Source: Ascoidea asiatica JCM 7603 (taxonomy: Eukaryota; Fungi; Ascomycota). From it: DNA of 64,000 nt. Both the position numbers and the translations under genes were made by a program. Below, in pieces: positions 11,841-23,786 of the stretch (position 1 is the stretch's first letter; every line of letters begins with the position of its first letter). The notes under the pieces were generated by a model. It did not search any database. It saw only the letters and a program-made list of their open reading frames with translations, and was not told the DNA's origin. The stretch is from the NCBI GenBank assembly GCA_001600695.1, contig BCKQ01000008.1, positions 405,031 through 469,030 of the forward strand. The letters run 5' to 3'.

Positions 11841-14399
11841 TTATATATTTGGATATTGAGGATATTGAATAGATTGATTTGCTTTTTCAACATTTTTAAA
11901 AGTTGGTAATAATGGAGGTTCATTTGTATTATTAAAATTTTCTTCAAAATCAATTTGATTTGATAAAATTGGTCTATTTTCAATTTCAATACCAATATTA
12001 CCATTTTCTTTTTTTAATTTTTTATTGATAATTTCTTCAATTGGATTTAATCTTAATTTTAAAGAATTATTTTGAAAAAAAGGTCCTTCAATTTCACTTT
12101 TATTTTTTAAAATTTCTTTAAATATTAAATTAACTGATAATTGTTCATTATTATTATTATTACCAATTTCATTATTTGTTGAATTAGTTAAATTTGAAAC
12201 ATTTGAAAATAAATAATCAACATAAACATAAACTAAATCATTTATAATTATTGTTGGTAAATATGAATTATATTTTATATAATTTATTAAATTTTTAATT
12301 TGATAAAAATTACCAAATTTTTTCTCAAAATTTAAAAACATTATCCAAAATTCTTTATAATCTTTTAAAATTTCTTCTTTATATAAATTTAAAAAAATTT
12401 TTCTAATATATTTACTAATAATATTAATTTGATTAATTTCTTTTGAATTTATTGAATTATATTTAATTAAAATTAATAATTTTAAATATTCAACAATTAT
12501 TAAACAAATTAATTTTTTCTTAATTAATTTTGAATTTGAATTATTATTAGTATTATTAATTAAAATATCATTTATTGAATCAAATTCTTTATCTAATTTT
12601 ATTTGATTTTGAGATTGATTTCTTTTAATTGGAGTCATGAAATATAAATTAATAATTTTTTCAAAATTTAATATAACTTTATTTATACCTTTCCATCTTT
12701 TTAAGAAATTTATATATAAATGAATTAAATTTTCAATTTCCAGTTCTATGTTATTATTATTATTATTATCATTATTATTATTTTGATAATCATTCGATGA
12801 ATAATTTGAGATTAAAAGATTATAAAAATCATTTGAAATTGAATTTTTTTTAAAATTTTCAAGAAATAAACAATAATTAATTCTTAAAAAATTAAAATTT
12901 ATTGGAATATAAAAATTTAAAGATCTTTTATATAAATTATTAATTTTTTCAAATTCTTTTGAATTTTTTTTTATAAAATATTTAATATAATTTATCCAAA
13001 TAATTTCAAAATTTGCTAAAGGTATTAAAAATCTTTCAAAATTATTTATAATTATTAAATCTTTAATTATTAAATCTTCTTCTTCTTCTTCTTCTTCTTC
13101 TTCATTATCTTTATCATTTATATGATAATTTAAATAGTTTATAATATTTTTTAAATTTGATTTATTTATATTATTTAAATTATTTAAATCATATAAATTA
13201 AATTTTAAATTTATTTTATTTTCAAATAATTCCCAAATTTTATTAACTTTTAATTGAATTTTTTTGAAATTAATTTGAAAAAATTTTTCAATTAATAATT
13301 TATTATCAATTTCATTTTCACTATTAAAAGAAGATATGAATTTATTTAATTTAAATTTATTTAAAATTAATTGATTAATATTAATATTATTTTTAATATT
13401 TTTAATAAATTTATAAAAAATTGTAAAAAATTTACTATATTGATGTAATGGAATTTTAATAATTTTTAATAAAATATTTAAATAATTTTGAATAAATTTT
13501 TTATTAATTGGATTTTTAATTAAATAATTAATTTCATAAAATTTTAAATAATTTTCCCAAATTAAATGTGAATAAAATTGATAACCAGAATTTTGAATTG
13601 CAATTTTATAAATATTTAAAATTTTATCATTATTATTATTATTATAAATTTTAATTAAATAATTTATATAGTTTATCCATAAATCAATTGAAGATGGTAA
13701 GAAATAAAGAGATTTTTTATATAAATTTATAATTTCATCATTTTCTTCATCATCATCATCATCTTCTTCTTCTTCTTCTTCTTCTTTGATATGTTCTTCC
13801 TGATTGTCATTATTTTCTTGTTTGATAATGATTTTTGATTTAGATATATATAAATTTTGATAAAATTGAATATAATCTAACCAAATATTATAATATAAAG
13901 GAAATTTAATTAAGAATTGATTATATAATTTATAAATTAAATCTTTTAAAATTTTAATTTCTTCAATATTATATTGATTATTATCATTATTTTGTAGTTG
14001 AATTGAGATATTTTTAATTGATTGTAAGATTAAATTCCAAGAATTGATATCATTTAAATTTAAATTTATTTTTTTTTTTAAATTTATTAAATTTATAAAA
14101 TTTTTAATTATAAATGAATTATTTAATGGATCATTTAAATCTTTAATTTCTTTTGAATTTAATGAATTTAATGAATTTAAATCATTATCAGATTGAAATT
14201 TTAATTGATTTATTTGTATTGTTCCATAAATTCCAGTTTCTAAATCTTTTTTTGATTCTGATTCTGATTTTGAATTTGATTTTGAATTTGATTCTGGTTT
14301 TGAATTTGATTTTGATTCTGAAGAGGATAATTTGACAGAAGATTTAGTTTGCAAGTTGGGATTGGAAGTGGAGATGAAAGTATTGTTCATTGAAGCCAT
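11841..14399 (-). CDS. U1 snRNP HAT-repeat protein, Prp39/Prp42 family
   Basis: HAT repeats (FLIKFPLYYNIWLDY, FLPSSIDLWINY, GYQFYSHLIWENYLKFYE, IPLHQYSKFF, FERFLIPLANFEIIWINY) and C-terminal ENG..RP..PPLLPTFKNVEKA. First in-frame ATG at 14399; the ORF track start is a non-ATG codon. Confidence 0.8.
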   Translation of the reverse strand: MASMNNTFISTSNPNLQTKSSVKLSSSESKSNSKPESNSKSNSKSESESKKDLETGIYGTIQINQLKFQSDNDLNSLNSLNSKEIKDLNDPLNNSFIIKNFINLINLKKKINLNLNDINSWNLILQSIKNISIQLQNNDNNQYNIEEIKILKDLIYKLYNQFLIKFPLYYNIWLDYIQFYQNLYISKSKIIIKQENNDNQEEHIKEEEEEEEDDDDDEENDEIINLYKKSLYFLPSSIDLWINYINYLIKIYNNNNNDKILNIYKIAIQNSGYQFYSHLIWENYLKFYEINYLIKNPINKKFIQNYLNILLKIIKIPLHQYSKFFTIFYKFIKNIKNNININQLILNKFKLNKFISSFNSENEIDNKLLIEKFFQINFKKIQLKVNKIWELFENKINLKFNLYDLNNLNNINKSNLKNIINYLNYHINDKDNEEEEEEEEEDLIIKDLIIINNFERFLIPLANFEIIWINYIKYFIKKNSKEFEKINNLYKRSLNFYIPINFNFLRINYCLFLENFKKNSISNDFYNLLISNYSSNDYQNNNNDNNNNNNIELEIENLIHLYINFLKRWKGINKVILNFEKIINLYFMTPIKRNQSQNQIKLDKEFDSINDILINNTNNNSNSKLIKKKLICLIIVEYLKLLILIKYNSINSKEINQINIISKYIRKIFLNLYKEEILKDYKEFWIMFLNFEKKFGNFYQIKNLINYIKYNSYLPTIIINDLVYVYVDYLFSNVSNLTNSTNNEIGNNNNNEQLSVNLIFKEILKNKSEIEGPFFQNNSLKLRLNPIEEIINKKLKKENGNIGIEIENRPILSNQIDFEENFNNTNEPPLLPTFKNVEKANQSIQYPQYPNI

Positions 14400-14797
14400 T
14401 CTATTGTAGTTCTCTTTACTCTTTCTTGTATCTGTTGATGGATTGACTTGATCTGTTCCTGATTCACAAGCAACAAAACCACCAAAAGCAACAAAACACA
14501 AAAAAAGAAGCTTTAAAACATTTCAAATTCATTTCAAATTCATTTCAAATTCAAAACAAAACAAAAAAATTCAAAAATCAAAAACAGGACGGCACGTGCG
14601 CGATGGGACAAAACTGTAAATATCCAGGATATAGTGTCCCGTCTCCGGCCGCTGTTTTTAACACCTCACAAAAGAAAAGAAACAAAGAAGAAGAAGAAGA
14701 AATAAAATAAAATAAAGGTTCTTTTGAATTGAGTGATCTGAATTGAATGGAAAGAAAAGAAGAGAAGAAAAGAAGATGTTAATAGAAGTCATTAGTA

Positions 14798-15865
14798 ATG
14801 GACTTCAAGATATATCTACCAATTCAATCAATTGAATTACTAAACAACAATATCAAGAACTTGAAACTATTGGAGTTTTTGGATTTTTTAGAGAATTCTT
14901 CAAATAGACAGATTTCCTTTTTTGATGAATCAATTATAGGATTTGTAGTTCTATTCAATAATGATTACGATAATAATAACAATAACAATATTAATAAGGA
15001 CAATAATAACGATGAAGTTACTGATGATATAATTGATGAAAATTATGATAATTTCATCAAAGATTTATCTGTCACTCTAGATTTATATGTTCATCCATCA
15101 AATTATAATAATAATTATCAAAGTTATAATAGTAATAATAATCAAAGTAATAATAATATACCTTTAAATAATGATAATAATTTTCATATAAAGACTTTTA
15201 CAATTAATAATAAAAATAAAAATTTATTATTTAATGATATTATAGAAATTGAAGTTGAAGATAATGATGATAATATAGATAATGATAGTATTGATATTGA
15301 AAATGAAAATGAAAATTATAATGATAATGATAATAAAAGTAATAGCGTCAATAGAGATAAAAAAAAGAATAAAAAGGGATTGAAGGATATAGATTATATA
15401 CAAAATGAAATTAATTATGATACTATTCCTGAAGAAGATGAAGATATAGATCATGATATTGATCAGATAAATACTATCAAAGAAGAAATACAAGAAACTA
15501 AAGAACCCAAAGAACAAGATGAGATTGAAGATAAAGATAAAGACGAAGAAGAAGAAGAGGAGGAACCAAAGTTTAAGAAAAAAAAAATATATGTATCAAT
15601 TTGGAAATTCACAATTCCAATATCTTATCCAAAAAGAAAAATCTCAAATCCTGAAATTCAATTATCAATTAATATGATTATTGATTATAATTATATTAAT
15701 AATATTAATAACAAAAATCAAAATCAAAATCAAAATCAAAATTTAAATCATAAAACAAATAATGATAGTATATCTTCAATAAAATCTTCTTTTACAAATC
15801 AATATTTACCTTTAATTGAAAGAAATATACTTGATGGTTTAGATTCTCAATTTAATACCCCTTTA

Positions 15866-15909
<44 letters not shown>

Positions 15910-17347
15910 AAAAAGTATAATCACAAATAATACCAAGAATAATAACAAAGAAACTTTTAATTTAATTGATAATAATAATTTCAAAGATTTATATATTAAA
16001 GAATCAAGATTAAATTCAATAAATCAATTAAATTTTTCTTCAATTAAAAAAAATCATAAAAAAAATTCATCTTCAATTTCAAAATTATATATTAATAATA
16101 ATAATAATAATAAAAATAATTCTCATAAAAGATCTCAATCTATAACAACTGAATTAAATTCAAATAAAATTTCTTTAAATGCAAATATTTTATTACCTGT
16201 TTATCCAGTTTTGAATATGAAATTACGTTGTACAAAACCTGCTGGTAAAAATGATAAATTATTAGCAACTTTAGATATTGAACCTTCAAAAGAATTAAAT
16301 AAAATTAATATATCTTTAGATATTTTTAATATTAATATTGAATTTCCAAATGGTTCAATAAAACCATTATTACCTCCTTCATTAATGAAATTTCCAATAA
16401 AATTAAAATTAAATGATTCAATGAATTTTTCATATGAATTAGTTGATCCAAATTCTTCTTTTTTTACATCTAATTTAAATAATTTAAATAATTCAAATTC
16501 AAGTTCAAAAAAACAAGTGATAATTAATATAATCTCAGTTCCAAAAAAATTTTCAGATAAAAATTATCTTGGTAATAAAATTATAACAAAATGGTCAACA
16601 TTAGTTGATTTTAGTATAATTGCTCCACCAACAAATAATGCATTAATAAAATCTTCAATAAATTTTTCAAATTCAAATTCAAATATTAATACAAATATAA
16701 ATATGAATACAAATTCAAATTCAAATACAAGAAATTTTTCATTATCAAATTTAACAAATAATAATGGTATTAATAATAGAAATTTATCAAGAATTAAATC
16801 TTTAAGATCAACATCATCTGCATTAAATATAAATATACCAAGAAATTCAAAATCAAATTTAAATGGATTAATTTTATCATTTGAAGGTACAACATATATA
16901 AAAATTGGAGAAATTTTTATATGGAAAATTCAAGCAATTAATAAATCTCATAATATTTTAAATTTATCATTATATATTCAACCAAAAGAAAATAACACAA
17001 TTTTAAATATAAATAATTTAAATAATTCAATTTTAAATAATTTAATTAATAAAAATGAAAAATTAAATAATTTTAATAATATTATTAAAAGAAATTTAAT
17101 TATTAATCCAAATAATTTAAATTTAAAATTATTTAATACATTAAAATTAATACCATCTGGAATAATATGTTTAACAAATGATGTTAAAATTGGACCTTTA
17201 GAACCTTTACAAGTTTATGAAACTGAAATAAATTTAATTGCAATTGAAAAAGGTATATTTAGTTTAAATGGAGTTAAAATTATTGATGTTTATACTGGAG
17301 AAAGTTTTGATTGTGGTAGATTATTAGAAGTTGTAGTTGTTGATTAA
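14798..17347 (+). CDS. TRS65: TRAPP II complex subunit Trs65 (Kre11)
   Basis: C-terminal TRS65 domain: GEIFIWKIQAINKS, GIICLTNDVKIGPLEPLQVYETEINLIA..GIFSLNGVKIID..TGESFDCGRLLEV. Confidence 0.8.
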
Positions 17348-17413
17348 GATATTAAATATAAATAATTTTATATATTATATATATATATTATTATTATTAT
17401 ATTATAATTTTTA

Positions 17414-18757
17414 TTATGATGCTAAATCAATAAATGAAATTGAACTATTATCAAAATTATAATGTAAAAATTTATAAGTTAAAGCATAATTACCAATCCA
17501 AATTTCAGAATCATCATAAGAAACACCAAGACCATAATCAGTAATTAAAGAACAAGAAGATGTTTGACTACTACTACTTGTACTTTTTTGATGAAATCTT
17601 TCAAAAGGTAATTCTAAAATTTTAGTATTTGTATAATCATTATCATTAATAAATGTAAATTTTAAATAATCAGTTAATGGATTAACTAAAAAACAATCAA
17701 AAGAAGAATCAGAAGAATCTATATTTAAAATTTTTAAAATTTTATCATAAATTGATTGTGGTAAAGTTAAAAGATCAGTTTGTTGAAAATCTATATCAAC
17801 ATTAACATTTAAATAATTATTACTAGTTGAATTTGAATTTGAAGTTGAAGTTGTAGTTTCAGTATTATCAGCAGGATCATTTGAATCATATAAATTTAAA
17901 GTATAATTATAAGTATTATTTGAAGTATCCATAATACCATGAATGAATTGTAATTTTGATAATTTTATATATAAACCTGTATTTATTGAAGATCTTGTTA
18001 AAATATCAGAAACAGTTTTATTATAAAATTTTATATTAATTAAATTATCTTGATAATTTTTTGATAATTTATCAGTTTGAAGTTCACCAAATTGAATTTC
18101 ACCATTATAATTTAATTTATCAGTTGAATTATATATACTAAATCTATTAAAAGTTGAATTTGATTGTAATAAAAAAATATTTTTAATTAAATTATTATAA
18201 GATTGAATATGATCATTAATTGAAGCTGCAACATCCATTTTTGGATTTAAACCAATAATATTATAATCCCATTTTGAATATTTATTAATATAAACAAACA
18301 TTTGATTTGATAAATCAAATTTATCAAAATACATATCATCATAACCATAATAACTTTCAGAAAATGAATAATTTGTTGCAGAATTTAAACCAGCATATTT
18401 TGCAGAATTATCACCAGTATATGAATCAGTAAAATATTGACTTGAAGGAATTAAATAAAGAGAATCAGAACCTGAAGAATCTGAATTGGAAGAAGATGAA
18501 GATGATGATGATGATGAATCTGAAGTTGAAGAATCTGAATCTGAAGTTATTATAGCTTCAGAAAATTGAGTTGAAATTACAGCTTCTAAAGTTACATAAT
18601 CTGAAGAACCAATATCAAAATCTACAAATAAAATATTATTTGAAGTTCTATAATATAAAGTATAATCAGTTGAAGATAAAGATTGAACAGATTGATCAGA
18701 ATTAATTTTTATAAAGAATTGTGAAAAGAAGAAAATTAAATAAAATAATGAAAACAT
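17414..18757 (-). CDS. Secreted aspartic-protease-fold (A1) protein lacking catalytic DTG motifs
   Basis: Signal peptide. Pepsin-fold landmarks: DFDIGS, NIIGL, GEIQFGE, LTLPQSIY, IWIG....Y...NFDNSSISF. Catalytic positions read VISTQFSE and DIDFQQT. Confidence 0.7.
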   Translation of the reverse strand: MFSLFYLIFFFSQFFIKINSDQSVQSLSSTDYTLYYRTSNNILFVDFDIGSSDYVTLEAVISTQFSEAIITSDSDSSTSDSSSSSSSSSSNSDSSGSDSLYLIPSSQYFTDSYTGDNSAKYAGLNSATNYSFSESYYGYDDMYFDKFDLSNQMFVYINKYSKWDYNIIGLNPKMDVAASINDHIQSYNNLIKNIFLLQSNSTFNRFSIYNSTDKLNYNGEIQFGELQTDKLSKNYQDNLINIKFYNKTVSDILTRSSINTGLYIKLSKLQFIHGIMDTSNNTYNYTLNLYDSNDPADNTETTTSTSNSNSTSNNYLNVNVDIDFQQTDLLTLPQSIYDKILKILNIDSSDSSFDCFLVNPLTDYLKFTFINDNDYTNTKILELPFERFHQKSTSSSSQTSSCSLITDYGLGVSYDDSEIWIGNYALTYKFLHYNFDNSSISFIDLAS

Positions 18758-19235
18758 TTTTAATAAAAATTACTTATAATTGTCTATTTATCTATTTTAA
18801 TGAATGAATTGAATATGTACAGTATTTATATTATTATATCTATCTATCTCATTGAAAAGAAAGAAAAGCCAAAAAAAAAGAAGAAGAAGAAGATTACCTC
18901 TAAATAAATGATATTAGATATTATTACAATTATTGCATATTCAATTTAGATATTTTTATAATTATCATCATATTACAGTACTGCTTTTATTTTTACATTT
19001 GTTATAATATCTATGGAATTTCTCATTTATTATATTTCTCTCCCAATTTAGATTCAACTCGTTACAGTGATATTTAGATCTGGAACTTTGGCGGTGTGAA
19101 AAAGAATTACCAAAGTTAAGGGCAAAGTTAAAAACATTCCCAGAAACAGCAGAAAGGGGTGGCGGAAGATGGCGGTGCGGTAAGATTGAACCCGTGCTGG
19201 TGGTAATTGATTTATGTCTAGTGGTGTGTATTGAC

Positions 19236-19330
19236 GTATATACCATCACCAAGGTACTACCAAATTTATGGTACTACCAGTTTAATGGTACTACCATTAT
19301 CAAGGTACTACCACTTCAAAGGTACTACCA
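19236..19330. repeat. 17-nt-period array of GGTACTACCA with variable 7-nt spacers
   Basis: Exact 10-mers start at 19253, 19270, 19287, 19304 and 19321, with a degenerate copy at 19236. Spacers: TCACCAA, AATTTAT, GTTTAAT, TTATCAA, CTTCAAA. Confidence 0.9.
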
Positions 19331-19343
19331 TGCTTGTGGGTGG

Positions 19344-19425
19344 ACGCGTTTTTGTGAATATTTTTTTTATTTTATTTATGATTATTTTAATTTATTTATT
19401 TATTTATATTTTTGAGTTTACGCGT
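19344..19425. promoter_or_regulatory. Two MCB elements (ACGCGT) upstream of the zinc-finger gene
   Basis: ACGCGT at 19344-19349 and 19420-19425, about 240-320 nt before the ATG at 19662. Confidence 0.55.
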
Positions 19426-19661
19426 TGCTAATAAAGTTGGTAATTGGTTCTATTTTAAATATTGGTAACTTTTCACACCTTCAATTACTTACTTACTTGA
19501 ATACTCAATTACTTAATCCTTTATAATTTAATGATTTTAAAATATAATCAAATATAACTTATTTAATTCATTCATTGCTATTCATTATTCATAAATCATA
19601 TATTTCCTATAAATATAAGTACTTCTTTCTTAATTGAACTTTTTTTTTGCCCTTTTTAAAA

Positions 19662-20504
19662 ATGATATTATCAACTAAAAATTCACCATTACCAAAAATG
19701 ATTTCAAATTCAAATCAAAATCAAAACATGAATGAAAATAATAATGGAAATAATAATCAAAGTTTAAATCAAAATCAAAATCAAATTATAAATCAAAATT
19801 TGAATCAAGATTCAAAATTGGATTTTGAGAATAATTTTTTCACTTATCAGTTTTCATATTCTTCAAATCAATTCTATTTAAAAAGTCATCCTTTTTCAAA
19901 TAATATAAATAATAATAATAATAATAATAATAGTCTGTCAATAGATTCTAAAAAAAGATCTCATGATAATGATAATGATATAAATATTAATAGTATTAAT
20001 AGTATTAATAATAAAAATAACTTAGATCATTTAGATAATTCAAGTCGAAAAAGAAAACAAATCTCAAGAATTCATTCAATTGATCATAATAAAACTATTG
20101 ATATGTTAATAAATAATCAAAAATTACAATCCTCAAAACAATCTAATTCTCATCAAAAACATCCCATTGATATTGATAATAATAATAATAATAATAATAA
20201 TAATATAACATCAACATCAACGAATATAAATAAACCATTTTGGCCACAAATAAATAAAATTAATTCAAATCTGTCAAGAAATGAATTTTTTTTAAAAAAT
20301 TTCCCAAATGAACAAATTAAATCATCAAATTCAATTTCTTGTTCAATTTGTGAAAAAGATTTAAGAAATTTAATTGATTCTTCATATTCTTTAATGGATG
20401 ATTTAAATGATCATAAATGTTTTCATTGTCAAAGATTATTATGTTCTTTATGTAGTGTAATTAATCAAAATGATAATTCTTTATATTGTTTTGATTGTCT
20501 TTAA
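19662..20504 (+). CDS. Uncharacterised protein with C-terminal 8-Cys zinc-binding domain
   Basis: First ATG at 19662. C-terminus CSIC...CFHC-x4-CSLC-x11-CFDC; basic KKRS/RKRK motifs; Asn-rich linkers. Confidence 0.75.
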   Translation: MILSTKNSPLPKMISNSNQNQNMNENNNGNNNQSLNQNQNQIINQNLNQDSKLDFENNFFTYQFSYSSNQFYLKSHPFSNNINNNNNNNNSLSIDSKKRSHDNDNDININSINSINNKNNLDHLDNSSRKRKQISRIHSIDHNKTIDMLINNQKLQSSKQSNSHQKHPIDIDNNNNNNNNNITSTSTNINKPFWPQINKINSNLSRNEFFLKNFPNEQIKSSNSISCSICEKDLRNLIDSSYSLMDDLNDHKCFHCQRLLCSLCSVINQNDNSLYCFDCL

Positions 20505-20730
20505 TAATATAATAATATAATTATATAACTCAACTCAATTCAATTCAATTCATTTTTTTTTATTTACGTACTAGTTTATAAGTTTATTTCTTTTCTTACT
20601 GCATTATTTTCTTTTAATAAATACTTTTTTTTTAAATGTTTTTACCGAAAAATATTGTATCAACAAAAATAACTGAAAAATAATATAGAATGGTTGTAAT
20701 ATTTATATATTTAGTTATATATTAATTAAT

Positions 20731-21903
20731 TTACTGTCTTCTTGATAAAGTAAAAGAATTTACATCTTCAGATTTACTATTATTTAAATTACAAAGTTCA
20801 AGATCATTATTATTACCTCTAATTTGATTAATTAAAGAATTTGAATTTGAAATTGAAATTGTTTCTGAATTTTTATTAATATTATTAACTTTATTATAAA
20901 ATTCTTCAAAATTTTCATATTTTATAATAATTTGATTTAATTTAAATTTTTTTTCAATTGGAATTTCAAAAGTTCTACCTTTAAAAATATAACCTGGAAA
21001 AAATGGTGGTAATAATAAAGTTAAACCTAAAGTAATCATTAAAGCATCTAAAGTAAAAACATAAACTTCATGAGTTATTAAATAACCATTCCAACCTTGA
21101 GATAATTCTGCAACTCTATAACAACAACGAATATAAATAAAAATAACAGAGAAAGTGATTGCAATTGGAAAAAATTTAAAAAATTTTTGATTTCTAATAA
21201 ATTTAAAATTTGGATCAAATAAATAATCTTTTTCATTTAAATTAAATTTATTATGTAAATTTTTTTGTCTTGTTTCAAATTGATTAAAACCAATAAATTT
21301 TTCAGTTTTAAAATAAATTGAATAAAAAAAATGAAACCAAAAAAATAAAAATATAGTCATACTAATAACTTGAACAATCATACCACCTAACATAATATTT
21401 GAACCTTGATCACTTGTTTTTTTATCATTTGCACCTGCAGCCATTCCACCTCCTAAAGCTTGTAAAACTAAACTAAAAATATCACAAAATATAAAAATAT
21501 AAGAATATGCAAATGGTTTTAATAAAGAATAATAATCACCATAAATTATAACTAATTTTGCTAAAAGAAAATAAATACCACCCATAATAAAAGCAGGAGC
21601 AATTGTTAAAGAAATAATTTGTAATAAAAAATAATCATCTCTTGTATTAAAATATGCTAAAGTTCTACCAATATAACCAGCCATTTCTAAACCAGAACCT
21701 GAAAAAAATGCAATACCAAAATATAATTGTTTATAATATATTGATAAAGCTGTATGAGAGAAAAAAAGAATTGCCATTAAAGCTGTAAATGTTACATTTC
21801 CTCCAATTGATGGAGTCATTCCAAATTGATTATCATCTGTACTTTCAGAATATTGAATAGAAGTTGTTGCTGAAGAAATTGAAGAGATTAAAGTTGAACT
21901 CAT
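20731..21903 (-). CDS. RTA1/RSB1-family lipid-translocating exporter, paralog 1
   Basis: 7 TM; LEMAGYIGR, LTIAPAFIMGGIY, FIFCDIFSLVLQALGGG, RCCYRVAELSQGWNGYLITHEVY. Confidence 0.92.
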   Translation of the reverse strand: MSSTLISSISSATTSIQYSESTDDNQFGMTPSIGGNVTFTALMAILFFSHTALSIYYKQLYFGIAFFSGSGLEMAGYIGRTLAYFNTRDDYFLLQIISLTIAPAFIMGGIYFLLAKLVIIYGDYYSLLKPFAYSYIFIFCDIFSLVLQALGGGMAAGANDKKTSDQGSNIMLGGMIVQVISMTIFLFFWFHFFYSIYFKTEKFIGFNQFETRQKNLHNKFNLNEKDYLFDPNFKFIRNQKFFKFFPIAITFSVIFIYIRCCYRVAELSQGWNGYLITHEVYVFTLDALMITLGLTLLLPPFFPGYIFKGRTFEIPIEKKFKLNQIIIKYENFEEFYNKVNNINKNSETISISNSNSLINQIRGNNNDLELCNLNNSKSEDVNSFTLSRRQ

Positions 21904-23786
21904 TGGTAATGGATTAGATTTAATTGAAGATTGATTTAAAAATTATTTGACTTGAATGGAATAAAATATGTGAAAAGAATTAAGATTAAGGAAAAGAAGA
22001 AGAAATGAATATAAATTGATATTATTAAATGTGGTTTATATATAATAAATTTGAAAAATATTTACTTGATTAATATATGAAAATCTAATCAATTATAAAA
22101 ACAAAAGAGTTAGGGAAAATATGAAAACAACAACAACAACAACAACAAAAAAAAGTAATGAAAAGCCTTTAAGTTATAATAAATAAAAAATGGAATATAA
22201 AACTAATAAAATCTGACTAAAAATTCAAATTTTCGGAATATAATATTTTGATATTATTTTGATAAAGATTATTTTTAACTTTTTTATTTAAATACACATT
22301 ACAACATCTATTTATCAATTTATTTCTCTTAGATTTTTCTGAAAATAAAAAAAGCAAACGACGATTAAAAAGCAGAAATATAATTTTTACAATATTGAAA
22401 GATAAGAATTATTCTAAAAAAGTCTTTTAATCTTTCAAAAATGAGCCAAAAAAGAAGAATTATTTCACTTAAATTTCAAAATTAGTTGAATTTCTTCTCT
22501 AGAATTTGTTTTGAAAAAGAGTTGTAAAATTGACTTCAGCCTCAGATTTCTGCGATAAAACAACTTTTAACTCTAAATTACGGAACAAACTGAGCTTCGG
22601 CTTGTCGGCTTGTCGGCTAAGCATGCCAAGAACACGGGACTGGGATCCGTGTGCCGTCTCAACGGAACTGGCTCCGAGAGAATTGCTCCTGCGTCCAGAA
22701 GCAGAATTTAGGTCTGTTTGCCTATATATTTGACGTATTAATGTGCATGTAAAAGCAGAAATCTGTCAAAAATAGTACAGGGAAATATACCCGTGTTCAG
22801 TAGAAAAGAGCGGAAGATGGCGGAACAGACAAGGAGCGTCACGTGCTTTAGGTCTGGATATTTCCACCCATGGAAATAAACTAGCTGTAGCCACAAAAAG
22901 TGAATAGAAATACTAGAAGAAAGCAGTTCTAGAATGCTATTTCAAATTATTGTTTATCAATAATAGGCTAAGCCATAGATTATGCCTGTAGAGCTTTGTC
23001 TGTTTGATTAGAAATAAAACTGCCCATTTTCTTGAATGAACTTTTTCTTCAAATTGTATTTTTATCATATCCTTGCATGACTATGCATAATTTAGAATCA
23101 TTCAATACTTTCCCGATTAGGAAATACACAGAAAATAATACACTTTTACCTTTTTTTTGATTTTTATGTATTTTTGGTATTTGAAATACAAATTGTCTTT
23201 TTCAGATTAGTATTATTAAGTTAAGGAATGGAAGTTATTTGATTATTAGTGAAAATGGATAAGAACTAACTCCAATTTTTAAGCCATTTTTTGATGTATT
23301 TATTGAACTTCTTATTTGTTAATTATACTATCATCACCCTAATAAGATTAATTCCATTAATAAATTTGTGATAGAAAATAAAAATTTATAATGAAATCAT
23401 TTTAAATTAGGACCTGGTGAAACTTTTTTGATCAACTACCAAAAGTGCAAAATTATATTTAAAATTTAAAAAACAAAGCTATTAAAGAATCGACTATATA
23501 CTCGGCTACGCTGAAGTGGAAATTTCCAAATATTTCCTATTAAGGACATAGATGGATATGCCTGATTTAGGTCTGTTTATAATCATTTACGAAAATGAAT
23601 AAAATAATAGATACTCATTGAGACACTTTTTGATATTTCAATCAAAATTAATGACTGGATCTAAGTAAATTTAAATAAAGAGTTTATAAAATAATCTATT
23701 GGTTGAGTATTTAGCTAAGCTAAATATATTAAAACATTTAGAAAATAAAAAATCTATTAAATTATTGAAATATCTAAAAGTATTTT

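Noticed and set aside
19236-19330. CRISPR array
   Set aside because: The 10-nt repeats and 7-nt spacers are far too short, the context is eukaryotic, and there are no cas genes. Kept as a regulatory-type array.
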